Translations under genes and position numbers: made by a program
Shown here: positions 8,956-18,354 of the stretch, in pieces
How positions within the stretch are numbered: the stretch's first letter is position 1
Layout: the number at the start of each line of letters is the position of its first letter
The notes under the pieces: model-generated
Told to the model about the DNA's origin: nothing
Database searches by the model: none
Seen by the model: only the letters and a program-made list of their open reading frames with translations
DNA from: Nitrospirota bacterium
GTDB taxonomy: Bacteria; Nitrospirota; Nitrospiria; 2-01-FULL-66-17
Assembly: GCA_049325295.1 (NCBI GenBank)
Contig: JBMOMD010000033.1
Coordinates: 11,588 to 75,587, forward strand
Length of the DNA: 64,000 nucleotides
Direction of reading: 5' to 3'

Positions 8956-9365
8956 CGACGTTCGCCCACCTCGTGATGACGATCAGGGGCGGCACGAGCC
9001 GGCGCCGGATTGTAGAGGCGTGCGTTCCAACGGAACAATGGACAGCCCGCCCCGTTCGCCTTCCTGCTGACGGAGGACAAGCTCCGCGAGTGCCGTGCGA
9101 TGACGGCCGAAGAAACGCTGCGCTGGCTTGAAGAGGTCAAGGCCTTCGTGAGGAATCGTGCTCCCGGAGCGGTTGGCGCGATGGACGCGACTTCTTCAAG
9201 AACGTGACGGGCCGGCCCGCGCCGGCGACGATCGTCCGTAGTCATTGATCAGGTTGTCGCGGCCGACGCCCCACGCCTCGCCACGAACCAACACCGAACA
9301 CCGAACAACGCCTCTACCGGCTAACCGGCCCACCGGCTAACCGGCGAACCGCACTGTCATCAAAA

Positions 9366-9977
9366 TCAGTTCAACCCCGGGTCCCGCGGCATATTCGCGT
9401 ATTTGGCGTGGCGCGGGCCCAGCGAACGCATCAACTCCGGCCACACCACTTTGGGGTCCGCGTCGAAAATCCATTTGGAGTCGGCGGGCACCACGATCCA
9501 GGAGTCCGTTTCCATTTCCGTGTCGAGTTGGCCCTGCGACCAGCCGGCGTATCCGGCGTAGCCGCGAAACGCGGCTTCCTGCGGCATGGGCGGGATCTCG
9601 GCGGCGCCCGGCGCGGCTTCGCGCTCCGCGGTCGGGTCGAGCAGGGATTTGAGGGTCGGGAGGTCCGTGCCGAGGTACACGTCGCCGAACACGTGGTGGG
9701 ACGAGGGCGGCGTCAACTCGGAGCGGATCAGAATCAACAGGTGATCGGGCTGCACTGGGCCGCCGGAATAGATGACGTCGTCGCGCTCGGTGCCGGCGAG
9801 CTGGTGCACGGCTTCGGTGAGCACGAGTTCGGTCGGTCGGTTGATCACCAACCCCATGCTGCCGCGATCGTTGTGCTCGCAGAGCAGGATCACCGCCTGC
9901 CGAAAATTCGGGTCGTACATGCCGGGACCCGCGATGAGAAAGGTCCCTTTGTCGAGCGTGGGGGTCACGAAATCCAT
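9366..9977 (-). CDS. YqgE/AlgH family protein (UPF0301)
   Basis: 'LIAGPGMYDPNFRQAVILLCEHNDRGSMGLVINRP' signature; start trimmed to the conserved Met. Confidence 0.8.
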   Translation of the reverse strand: MDFVTPTLDKGTFLIAGPGMYDPNFRQAVILLCEHNDRGSMGLVINRPTELVLTEAVHQLAGTERDDVIYSGGPVQPDHLLILIRSELTPPSSHHVFGDVYLGTDLPTLKSLLDPTAEREAAPGAAEIPPMPQEAAFRGYAGYAGWSQGQLDTEMETDSWIVVPADSKWIFDADPKVVWPELMRSLGPRHAKYANMPRDPGLN

Positions 9978-10255
9978 CGTATAACCGGCTCGATGGAAAG
10001 TCCAGCGCGGCCGTAACGGCGCGCGCGTGGTCGGGGCGCGATTTCTTGACAAGGGGTACCCCCTGGGCTAGAGTCAGCTCCGCACGGCGAGTATAGTAAC
10101 TATAGTCGGCGGATCGCCGCGCCGTGCGCCGCACCATCAGTCCCGGGTCGGGGAAGACCAACAAGGATGACTGGGAACCATAGGGACGTGATGCGCAGCC
10201 TCCGTATGGCCCGACTGGGCGTCCAAGCCGTCGGTTCACAACGCGGGATGGTCGC

Positions 10256-11938
10256 GTGACCCCGCGCTGGGTCAACTCGTACGAGCCCGGGATCTCCCCC
10301 GCGCTCCGGTATCCCGCCGTTCCCCTGCATCAACTGCTCGCCGCCACGGCCGCGAAGTATCCGGAGAATCCCGCGTTGGATTTCTACGGGCGTCGCGTGA
10401 CCTACCGGGAGTTGGACCGCGCCGCGAACCGGTTCGCCAACGCCCTCGCCGGCTTGGGCGTTCGCAAGGGGGATCGGGTGGCGGTGATGTTGCCCAACGC
10501 GCCGCAGGCCGTGATCGCGTATTACGGCGCGCTCAAGCTCGGGGCGGTGGTGGTCGAGGTCAATCCGCTGTACGTTGAACGGGAAATCGAACAGCAGGTG
10601 CGCGACGCCGAGGCGCGCGTGCTGGTGGCGCTCGATCTGTTCTATCCGCGGATCGAGCCCATCCGGGCGCGCGCGGGGCTGGAGGCCGTGATCATCACCT
10701 CGGTGCGGGACGCGTTGCCGTGGCATCTGGCCTTGTTGTACCCGATCAAGGCGTGGCGCGAAGGCACGCGCGTGTCCGTGCCCAACACTCCGCCCGTGTA
10801 CGAGTACCGATCGCTCGTGGCCGCGGCGTCGGAGACGGCCCCGGCCGTCGAGGTGGCGCCGGACGATCTGGCGCTCCTGCAATACACCGGCGGCACCACC
10901 GGGATTCCCAAGGGCGTGATGCTCACCCACCGGAACCTGGTCGCCAATACCCTGCAATGCCGCGCGTGGATGCCGTCCTTGCGCGACGGCGCGGAGGTCT
11001 TTCTGGGCGTGGTCCCGTTTTTCCACGTGTACGGGATGACCGCCTGCATGAATCTGGCGATTTACACCGGCGGGTTGATCGTGTTGCTCCCGCGCTTCGG
11101 GACCAAGGACGTGTTGCGCGCCATCGTGAAGTCGCGCGCCACGATCTTCATGGGCGTGCAGGCGATGTACGTGGCGATCAATAATTTCCCGGACGTGCGC
11201 CGATACGATCTCTCGACCATTCGCATCTGCATCAGCGGCGCGGGTCCGTTGCACGTGGAGGTCCAGGAGCGGTTCGAGGCGTTGACCGGCGGCAAGGTGG
11301 TGGAAGGGTTCGGGTTGAGCGAGGCCTCGCCGGTCACGCACGTCAATCCGATCTTCGGGCGACGGATCAAGGGCACCATCGGGTTGCCGTTGCCGGACAC
11401 CGAGGCTAAAGTAATGGACGTGGAGTCGGGAACGCGCGAGATGCCCCTGGGCGAGGCCGGTGAATTGGTGATCCGCGGGCCTCAAGTCATGAAGGGGTAT
11501 TGGCGGCGTGCCGATGAAACCGCCGGGGTCTTGCGCAACGGCTGGCTGCACACCGGGGACATCGCGACCGTTGACGCCGACGGGTATTTCACGATCGTGG
11601 ACCGCAAGAAGGACATGATCAAGACCAAGGGCGAAAACGTCTATCCGCGCGACATCGAGGAAGTCCTGTTCCGGCATCCCAAGATCAAGGACGCGGTCGT
11701 GGTCGGGGTGCCGGAAGAGTTCATGGGCGAGATGATCAAGGCGTACGTGGTGCTCCGGGACGGCGAAACCGCGACCGAAAACGAGATCGTCGAATATTGC
11801 GGACGGGAATTGGCCAAATTCAAGGTGCCCAAAGCCGTGGAATTCCGTCAGGAACTGCCGCGGACCATCGTGGGGAAAGTGCTGCGCCGCGTCCTGTTGG
11901 ACGAGGAGCTGAAGAAACGTCATGCCATGGCAGGATGA
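10256..11938 (+). CDS. fadD: Long-chain fatty acid-CoA ligase
   Basis: AMP-binding motif 'LQYTGGTTGIPKGVMLTHRNL', 'GYGMTA', C-terminal 'GKVLRR'. Confidence 0.85.
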   Translation: MTPRWVNSYEPGISPALRYPAVPLHQLLAATAAKYPENPALDFYGRRVTYRELDRAANRFANALAGLGVRKGDRVAVMLPNAPQAVIAYYGALKLGAVVVEVNPLYVEREIEQQVRDAEARVLVALDLFYPRIEPIRARAGLEAVIITSVRDALPWHLALLYPIKAWREGTRVSVPNTPPVYEYRSLVAAASETAPAVEVAPDDLALLQYTGGTTGIPKGVMLTHRNLVANTLQCRAWMPSLRDGAEVFLGVVPFFHVYGMTACMNLAIYTGGLIVLLPRFGTKDVLRAIVKSRATIFMGVQAMYVAINNFPDVRRYDLSTIRICISGAGPLHVEVQERFEALTGGKVVEGFGLSEASPVTHVNPIFGRRIKGTIGLPLPDTEAKVMDVESGTREMPLGEAGELVIRGPQVMKGYWRRADETAGVLRNGWLHTGDIATVDADGYFTIVDRKKDMIKTKGENVYPRDIEEVLFRHPKIKDAVVVGVPEEFMGEMIKAYVVLRDGETATENEIVEYCGRELAKFKVPKAVEFRQELPRTIVGKVLRRVLLDEELKKRHAMAG

Positions 11939-11977
11939 AGTGGATACGAGAAACCACAGGTGGAGTCGGGAGCGCGT

Positions 11978-13168
11978 ATGAAAGACGTGGTGATCGTTGA
12001 CGGAGTTCGCACCCCGATCGGGAACTTCGGCGGGGCCTTGAAGGACGTGACCGCCCATGCCATGGGCGCGGCCGTGGTCAAGGCGGTGGTGGAGCGCACC
12101 AAAATCGCGCCCGACGCGGTGGACGAGGTGATTTTCGGCTGCGTGGGCCAACACTCCGACGCGACCAACATGGCCCGCAACATCGCGCTCTACGCGGGCC
12201 TGCCGATCACGGTGCCGGCGTACACGGTCCAGCGCAATTGCTCCTCCGGGTTGCAGTCGCTGGTCAACGCGTACCAGAACATCCAGGCCGGCGACGCGGA
12301 CGTGCAGATCGTGGGCGGCACCGAGAGCATGAGCCAGGCCCCGTTCGTGTCGCGCGACATGCGGTGGGGCAAACGCCTCAAACACGGCTCGTTCATCGAC
12401 AGCATCTGGGAAGGGTTGACCGACGGGTTCTGCGGCCAGATCATGGGGTACACCGCGGAGACGTTGGCCGAGGAGTTCAAGATCGGCCGCGAAGAGCAGG
12501 ACAAGTTCGCCCTGCTCTCGCACAAGCGGGCGTTTCGCGCGGTGCGGGAGGGTAAGTTCAAGGACGAACTCATGACGGTGATGGTGCCCAAGAAGATGGC
12601 CGGCAAGGAGGTCACGCCCGAGCCGTTCGCGCAGGACGAAGGGCCGAACGCCGCGCTCACCGAACAGCAGCTCGCGCTCTATCCCACCGTGTTCAAGGAG
12701 GGCGGAACCGTCACCCCCGGCAACTCCTGTTCGCTCAACGACGGCGCCGCGGCCGCGCTCGTGATGTCGGCGGAGCGGGCCCGCGCGCTCGGGTACGAGC
12801 CGCTGGGATACATTCGGTCGTACGCGTTCGTCGGGGTCGAGCCGCAGCGCATGGGGATCGGGCCGGCCGAGGCGATTCCGATCGCGCTCAAGAAGGGCAA
12901 GCTGTCGCTGGCCGACATCCAACTGTTCGAGATCAACGAGGCGTTCGCGGCCCAATATCTGGCCGTGGAGCGCAAGTTGGGCCTGAATCGCGACATCGTG
13001 AACGTGAACGGCGGCGCGATCGCGTTGGGCCACCCGGTGGGCATGACCGGCACCCGGCTCGCGATCACGGTGCTCCGCGAGATGAAACGCCGGAACCTGA
13101 ATCTCGGGATCGCGAGCATGTGCGTGGGCGGGGGCATCGGCGCCGCCATGGTGCTGGAGAGAAAATAA
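11978..13168 (+). CDS. Acetyl-CoA acetyltransferase (thiolase)
   Basis: 'VVIVDGVRTPIG', active-site 'NRNCSSGLQ', C-terminal 'NVNGGAIALGHPVGMTG'. Confidence 0.9.
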   Translation: MKDVVIVDGVRTPIGNFGGALKDVTAHAMGAAVVKAVVERTKIAPDAVDEVIFGCVGQHSDATNMARNIALYAGLPITVPAYTVQRNCSSGLQSLVNAYQNIQAGDADVQIVGGTESMSQAPFVSRDMRWGKRLKHGSFIDSIWEGLTDGFCGQIMGYTAETLAEEFKIGREEQDKFALLSHKRAFRAVREGKFKDELMTVMVPKKMAGKEVTPEPFAQDEGPNAALTEQQLALYPTVFKEGGTVTPGNSCSLNDGAAAALVMSAERARALGYEPLGYIRSYAFVGVEPQRMGIGPAEAIPIALKKGKLSLADIQLFEINEAFAAQYLAVERKLGLNRDIVNVNGGAIALGHPVGMTGTRLAITVLREMKRRNLNLGIASMCVGGGIGAAMVLERK

Positions 13169-13242
13169 GATCGAAACGGCGTGGGCCGGTTTGCCGGTTT
13201 GCCGGTGCGCCGGTTTGCGTGCAACTCAGATGAGGAGGCGAT

Positions 13243-14475
13243 ATGTACATTTATAAGGCGGCGGTGATCGGCGCGGGGACCATGGGGGCGCAAATTGCGC
13301 AGACGATCTCGTATTCGGGGTTGCCCGTGATCCTGAAGGACATCAAACCCGATTCGGTCGAGCGCGGGTTGTCGATGGTCCGCAAGATCTATCAGGGCCG
13401 CGTGGACAAGGGGAAAATGACCGCGCACGAGATGGAGCAGAAAATGGCGCTCGTCTCGGGGGCCGTGGACTATTCCGGGTTCAGCGACGTGGACCTGGTC
13501 ATCGAAGCGGTGTTCGAGGACATGGCCATCAAGCGGCGCGTGTTCGCGGAGGCCGAAGCCGCCTGTCCGGAGAACACGATCCTCGCCACCAACACGTCGT
13601 CGTTGCCCATTTCCGCGCTCGCGGCGGGCCGCAAACACCCGGAAAAGGTGGTGGGCATCCATTTCTTCAACCCGGCGCACGTGATGAAGCTGGTCGAAGT
13701 CATCCCCGGGATGGCCACGTCGTCGGAAACCGTGGACGACGCGGTCGCGTTCGCGGAGAGTCTGCGCAAGATTCCGGTGCGCGTGCAGGAGTGCGCGGGG
13801 TTTCTGGTGAACCGCCTGTTGATGCCGTATCTGAACGAAGCGGCCATGGCGCTGCAGGAGATCGAGAAGCCCGAGGCCGCGCTCGACGAAGCCAAACGCC
13901 TGGACGCGGCCTTGGTCGCGTTGGGCATGCCCATGGGGCCGTTCGCGCTGACCGACATGATCGGCCTCGACGTGGCGGCCAAGGTCGCGGACGTGTTATA
14001 CGATTCGTTCGGGCCCCGGATGACGCCCGCCGCGATGCTGGCGGCGATGGTGAAGGCCGGGCGAATGGGCGCCAAGTCCGGCGCGGGCATCTTCGCGTAC
14101 GATGAGCGACACGACGCCGGCGCGTTGGCGCGGCTCCTCGCGGACGTGCAAAAGCAGACCGGGATTCGCGGCACCGAGTGCACGCCCAACCGCGTGTTGT
14201 TGCCGCTGATCAACGAAGCCGTGATCTGCCTCCAGGAGGGCGTGGCCACGGCCGCGGACATCGACGTGGCCATGATGGCGGGGACCGGGTTCCCGCAGGA
14301 CAAGGGCGGACCGCTGCACTACGCCGACCAACTGGGCCTGGACGTGGTGCTCAACGAAATGGAGCGATTGACCCGCGCCGTCGGCCCGCGGTTCTGGCCG
14401 GCCCCGATGCTCAAGCGCATGGTGGCCGCCGGATTCTTGGGCGTCAAAGCCAAGCGCGGATTCTTTAGTTACTGA
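13243..14475 (+). CDS. 3-hydroxyacyl-CoA dehydrogenase
   Basis: NAD-binding 'AAVIGAGTMGAQIAQ'; HADH C-terminal domains. Confidence 0.85.
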   Translation: MYIYKAAVIGAGTMGAQIAQTISYSGLPVILKDIKPDSVERGLSMVRKIYQGRVDKGKMTAHEMEQKMALVSGAVDYSGFSDVDLVIEAVFEDMAIKRRVFAEAEAACPENTILATNTSSLPISALAAGRKHPEKVVGIHFFNPAHVMKLVEVIPGMATSSETVDDAVAFAESLRKIPVRVQECAGFLVNRLLMPYLNEAAMALQEIEKPEAALDEAKRLDAALVALGMPMGPFALTDMIGLDVAAKVADVLYDSFGPRMTPAAMLAAMVKAGRMGAKSGAGIFAYDERHDAGALARLLADVQKQTGIRGTECTPNRVLLPLINEAVICLQEGVATAADIDVAMMAGTGFPQDKGGPLHYADQLGLDVVLNEMERLTRAVGPRFWPAPMLKRMVAAGFLGVKAKRGFFSY

Positions 14476-14495
14476 GGGACTCAAGGAGGAGTCGC

Positions 14496-15278
14496 ATGCC
14501 ACGGCAGTATCTGACGGTGACCACCGAGGATCGCGTCGCGACGGTGACGTTCAGCAACCCGCCGGCCAACGCGCTGAGCAGTCCGGTGATGACGGAAATC
14601 GAAGAGGTGTTCCGCGAACTGGCCGCCGATCAGGCGGTGAAGGCCGTGGTGTTCACGGGGGCGGGGCAACTCTTCATTTCCGGCGCGGACATCCAGGAAG
14701 TGGCGGGGATCGCGGACGCGGCGAAAGGCCGCGAACTCACGGCGCGCGGCCAGCGGATCTTCGATCAGATCGAACGGATGGACAAGCCGGTCATCGCCGC
14801 GATCAACGGCCTCTTTTGCCTGGGCGGGGGGATGGAGTTGGCCATGGCGTGCCACCTGCGCGTGGCGGGCGAGCGCGTGCGCATGGGACAGCCTGAAATC
14901 GACCTCGGCATCATTCCCGGGTTCGGCGGGACCCAGCGACTGGTGCGTCTGGTGGGACAGGCCAAGGCGATCGAGCTGATCCTCACCGGGGACAAAATCC
15001 CCGGGACCGAGGCCAAGGCGATCGGCTTGGTGAACAAGGTGGTGCCGGACGGCGAGGTGGTCAAGCAGGCGCAGGGGCTCGCCAAAAAAATCGCGGGCAA
15101 GAGCGCGGTGGCGGTCCGCGCCGCGATGCGCGCGATCCGCGAGGGCATCGGGCGACCCCTGGCCGACGGCCAGGCGCTCGAGTCCGAGTTGTTCGGCCAG
15201 GTGTGCGAGAGCGCGGACAAACGCGAGGGCGTGACCGCGTTCCTCGAAAAACGGCAGCCCAAGTTTCAAGACCGGTGA
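14496..15278 (+). CDS. Enoyl-CoA hydratase (crotonase family)
   Basis: 'AINGLFCLGGGMELAMACHLRVA' crotonase signature. Confidence 0.85.
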   Translation: MPRQYLTVTTEDRVATVTFSNPPANALSSPVMTEIEEVFRELAADQAVKAVVFTGAGQLFISGADIQEVAGIADAAKGRELTARGQRIFDQIERMDKPVIAAINGLFCLGGGMELAMACHLRVAGERVRMGQPEIDLGIIPGFGGTQRLVRLVGQAKAIELILTGDKIPGTEAKAIGLVNKVVPDGEVVKQAQGLAKKIAGKSAVAVRAAMRAIREGIGRPLADGQALESELFGQVCESADKREGVTAFLEKRQPKFQDR

Positions 15279-16678
15279 CCCAGCCGAAACGACCGCGCGC
15301 CGCGTCCCGCGGCCGATCATCGACGTCCGACCGCACGCGAACGATTGCGGCGCCGACCGCGAAGACCGGCCGCGTCGCTCGGGTCAAACCGCCGAATCTC
15401 TCCGCCGCGCTCGCGATCGTCCAGCGGTTGGCGCGAACGCTCTCCGGAGTCTTTGATGTAACCTCGATCGGGAAGGGAGTGGTCACGGTGCTGACCGAGG
15501 AGCTCGGTCTGCACTCGTGCTCCGTGATGCTGCTGGACGCCGACGGGCGGCGACTGGTCAACGTGTCCGGCGCAGGCGCGGCCGCGGGCGCGCCGGGGGA
15601 ACCGCGGCGGTCGTTCGCGCTCGGCGAAGGGATCGCGGGCACGGTGGCGCGCGACGCCCGCGCGGTGAGGGTCAACGACGCCGGCCGCGACGCGCGGTTT
15701 CTGGATCAATCCTCCGCGATCCGCTCGTTGTTGTGTTTCCCGCTGTTTTCCGGCGATCAGGTGATCGGGGTGCTGAATTTGAGCCATCCGGACAAGGGAT
15801 TTTTCACCGAGGACCACGAGGCGGTCTTCGCCGTGCTCGCGACCGCGGTGGGGCACCTGCTGGCGTTCGCGCGCGTGCGGGCCGAACTGGCGGATCTGAA
15901 TCAATCGCTCGAGTCCAAGGTGGAGGCCAAAACCCGTGAAATCGAGGCCGCGCAACGGCGAGCGTTCCAACAGGAAAAGTTGGCCGCGCTCGGAACCCTG
16001 GTGGCGGGAGTCGCGCACGAGCTCAACAACAAGTTGGTCCCCTTGGTCGCCTACTCGCACCTCATGAAAGACGCGTTGCGCGATGAGGAGGAGCGACGCC
16101 TGATGACCGCGATGGCCGAGGGCGCCGACGCGGCCAAGACGATCGTCGAGAGCCTGTTGCGATTCGCCAGGCCGCAGCCGTTGAATCTGTCCGTGGTGGA
16201 CTGCAACCGAATCGTCTCCGACGTGACCGCGGTGCTGCCCCAACGCGTGACGCGCCCCGACATCGAGGTCCGGACCGAGGTCGCCCCCGCCCCCCAGTTG
16301 GTGTTCGGAGACGCCGGGCAACTCGGACAAGTGCTCGTGAATCTGATCAACAACGGGTATGACGCGATGAGCGAGCACGGGACGCTGGAAGTGCGAACCC
16401 GGACCAGCGGGCGAAGCGTCGAGGTGGAGGTGGCGGACTCGGGGCACGGGATTCCGAACGAACATCTCTCGAAGATTTTCGATCCGTTTTTTACGACCAA
16501 GAACGTGGGCCGCGGCACGGGGTTGGGCCTGTCGCTCTGTTACGGCATGATCCGCGCGCATCGGGGCGAGATCGACGTGCAGACGCGTCCGGGACGGACC
16601 GTGTTCACCGTGCGTCTGCCGGCCGTCGACGCGGCCGGCGGGTTCGAGGGTTCGCAAGCGAGGGAACATGGCGCCTGA
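15275..16678 (+). CDS. GAF-domain sensor histidine kinase (track ORF 15203; GTG 15275 overlaps upstream stop)
   Basis: GAF region '[17 protein letters not shown]..', H-box '[16 protein letters not shown]', '[10 protein letters not shown]', 'GTGLGLSL'. Confidence 0.7.
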   Translation: MTQPKRPRAASRGRSSTSDRTRTIAAPTAKTGRVARVKPPNLSAALAIVQRLARTLSGVFDVTSIGKGVVTVLTEELGLHSCSVMLLDADGRRLVNVSGAGAAAGAPGEPRRSFALGEGIAGTVARDARAVRVNDAGRDARFLDQSSAIRSLLCFPLFSGDQVIGVLNLSHPDKGFFTEDHEAVFAVLATAVGHLLAFARVRAELADLNQSLESKVEAKTREIEAAQRRAFQQEKLAALGTLVAGVAHELNNKLVPLVAYSHLMKDALRDEEERRLMTAMAEGADAAKTIVESLLRFARPQPLNLSVVDCNRIVSDVTAVLPQRVTRPDIEVRTEVAPAPQLVFGDAGQLGQVLVNLINNGYDAMSEHGTLEVRTRTSGRSVEVEVADSGHGIPNEHLSKIFDPFFTTKNVGRGTGLGLSLCYGMIRAHRGEIDVQTRPGRTVFTVRLPAVDAAGGFEGSQAREHGA

Positions 16679-17153
16679 AGAAGACAAGCGGCTCTATCGC
16701 CGCATCGACGTCCTCATTCCATTCGGATTCCGGCCGGTGGGACGGGGCGGCGTCCAGTCGATCATGCAGACCGAACGCGAGGCGTTTCAACTCTCGGATG
16801 ACCCGGTTCGCGCGGCGTTGGATCGGATCGAGCGCAAGGTGGATCGGCTGCTGGCGCGTCTGGAATCGGGCGAACAGGCGCCCGTCCTCACGCCGCAACG
16901 GATCAACCTGAGCGGGTCGGGCGTGCGGTTCGCGAGCGACGATCCCATGGAAGAAGGCCAATACCTGGACCTCGCCATGGTGTTACCGGGGGAATCCCCG
17001 GTCTCCATCCACGCGGTCGGCGAAGTGGTGCGCCAGCGCCTGTTGGCGCGCCCGTCCGGCGCGGTGTACGAGATCGCGGTGGCGTTCGCCGATATCGCTC
17101 CCGCGGATCGGGAGGCGATCATCCGTTATACGTTCCAGGCCAACGGCCGATAG
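16668..17153 (+). CDS. PilZ-domain c-di-GMP-binding protein
   Basis: 'RRIDV' (RxxxR) and 'NLSGSGVRF' (D/NxSxGG) PilZ motifs; overlaps the kinase stop by 11 nt. Confidence 0.65.
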   Translation: MAPEEDKRLYRRIDVLIPFGFRPVGRGGVQSIMQTEREAFQLSDDPVRAALDRIERKVDRLLARLESGEQAPVLTPQRINLSGSGVRFASDDPMEEGQYLDLAMVLPGESPVSIHAVGEVVRQRLLARPSGAVYEIAVAFADIAPADREAIIRYTFQANGR

Positions 17154-17554
17154 GAGCCTGTCCATGCAAGGCCATCTGCGGCGTTGTCACTAAGGAGCCT
17201 CGGCCGCCTCACCGTCTCGGCGGCGCTCGTGACTCGGCGCCACTTCATCGTGGCGCCACTCGCCTCACGTACGACCCAGTACGCTCCACCTCAAAGCGAA
17301 GTCGTCTTGCGACCCACCTTCAAGAAATCAAATGCGGGAGTCCCCGAAGGGGGCATCTGACCACTCCTGAACAGGCTCCCAACTCGGATCACTCAGACAG
17401 ACATCTGGCACGATGCTGAAAAAATCTTGAGCGTGGTTCGACAAGCTCACCACGAACGGATATTTTCTTGCAGTATCAATTGCTCTTCCGTTCGTCCTGA
17501 GCCCGTCGAAGGACCTCCACGGGGTTTTTCAGCAGCCTGCTAAGTCAGTGGCGA

Positions 17555-18337
17555 TCAAGTTCGTCGTGACCTAGGACGTTTGTGGCGGGGGCGGGGGTAG
17601 TAGACTTCCACCAGCGTTAATCCGTGCGCCGGGGCGGTGATGCCCGCCAGGCGCCGGTCTCCCGAGGCCAATACCTCAGCCATCCCGCCGGCCGGTCGCC
17701 GGCCGAGCCCGATCTCCACGAGCGTGCCCACGATGTTGCGCACCATGTACTTGAGGAATCGATCGCCCTCGAACTCGAGGGCCACGATCTGGTCCTGGCG
17801 GCGAATCGCGCACCGCGCGAGGGTGCAGACCGTGTCGCGCGCGTCGCCGTGGGTCGGGTCGGCGCCTTCGAACGCGCGGAAGTCATGGCGGCCGAGCAGC
17901 GCCGCGGCGGCGCGCCGCATCGCGGCGAGGTTCAGCGGCCGCGGCACGTGCCACGACGTGCGCCGTTCCAGCGGGGAGGGCGTCGGGCGGTTCAGCAGGC
18001 GATAGCGGTACCGTTTGCCGACCGCGGAAAACCGGGCGTGAAATCCGGCCGGCGCGTGCTCGACCGCGAGGATTTTCACGTCCTCGGGCAGCACCGCGTT
18101 GAGCGCGCGGTGCCAGGTGTGGGGATCGAGCGCGGATCGGATTTCTACGTGCGCCACCTGGGCTTCGGCGTGCACGCCGGCGTCGGTCCGACCCGCGCCC
18201 GAGACCGCGGCGCGTTCCCCGCTGATGCGGGTGATCGCCGCCTCGAGGACGCCTTGGATCGTCGCGGCGGAGGCCTGGCGCTGCCACCCGTGGTAGTCGG
18301 TCCCGTCGTATTCGAGCGTCAAACGGAGGCGCGGCAT
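17555..18337 (-). CDS. truA: tRNA pseudouridine(38-40) synthase
   Basis: 260-aa C-terminal part of track ORF 17555..19408: 'RLRLTLEYDGTDYHGWQRQ..GAGRTDAGVHA..' TruA signature. Split from the fused ORF. Confidence 0.85.
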   Translation of the reverse strand: MPRLRLTLEYDGTDYHGWQRQASAATIQGVLEAAITRISGERAAVSGAGRTDAGVHAEAQVAHVEIRSALDPHTWHRALNAVLPEDVKILAVEHAPAGFHARFSAVGKRYRYRLLNRPTPSPLERRTSWHVPRPLNLAAMRRAAAALLGRHDFRAFEGADPTHGDARDTVCTLARCAIRRQDQIVALEFEGDRFLKYMVRNIVGTLVEIGLGRRPAGGMAEVLASGDRRLAGITAPAHGLTLVEVYYPRPRHKRPRSRRT

Positions 18338-18354
18338 GCGGGACGGCGAATCGG

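Noticed and set aside
9337-10275. 312-aa minus-strand ORF and 202-aa plus ORF 9408..10016
   Set aside because: They overlap the motif-supported yqgE/algH gene in other frames; compositionally biased.
10100-13033. 977-aa ORF on the minus strand
   Set aside because: Antisense to the well-supported fadD and thiolase genes; Arg/Gly/His-rich low-complexity translation typical of high-GC shadow frames; no motif.
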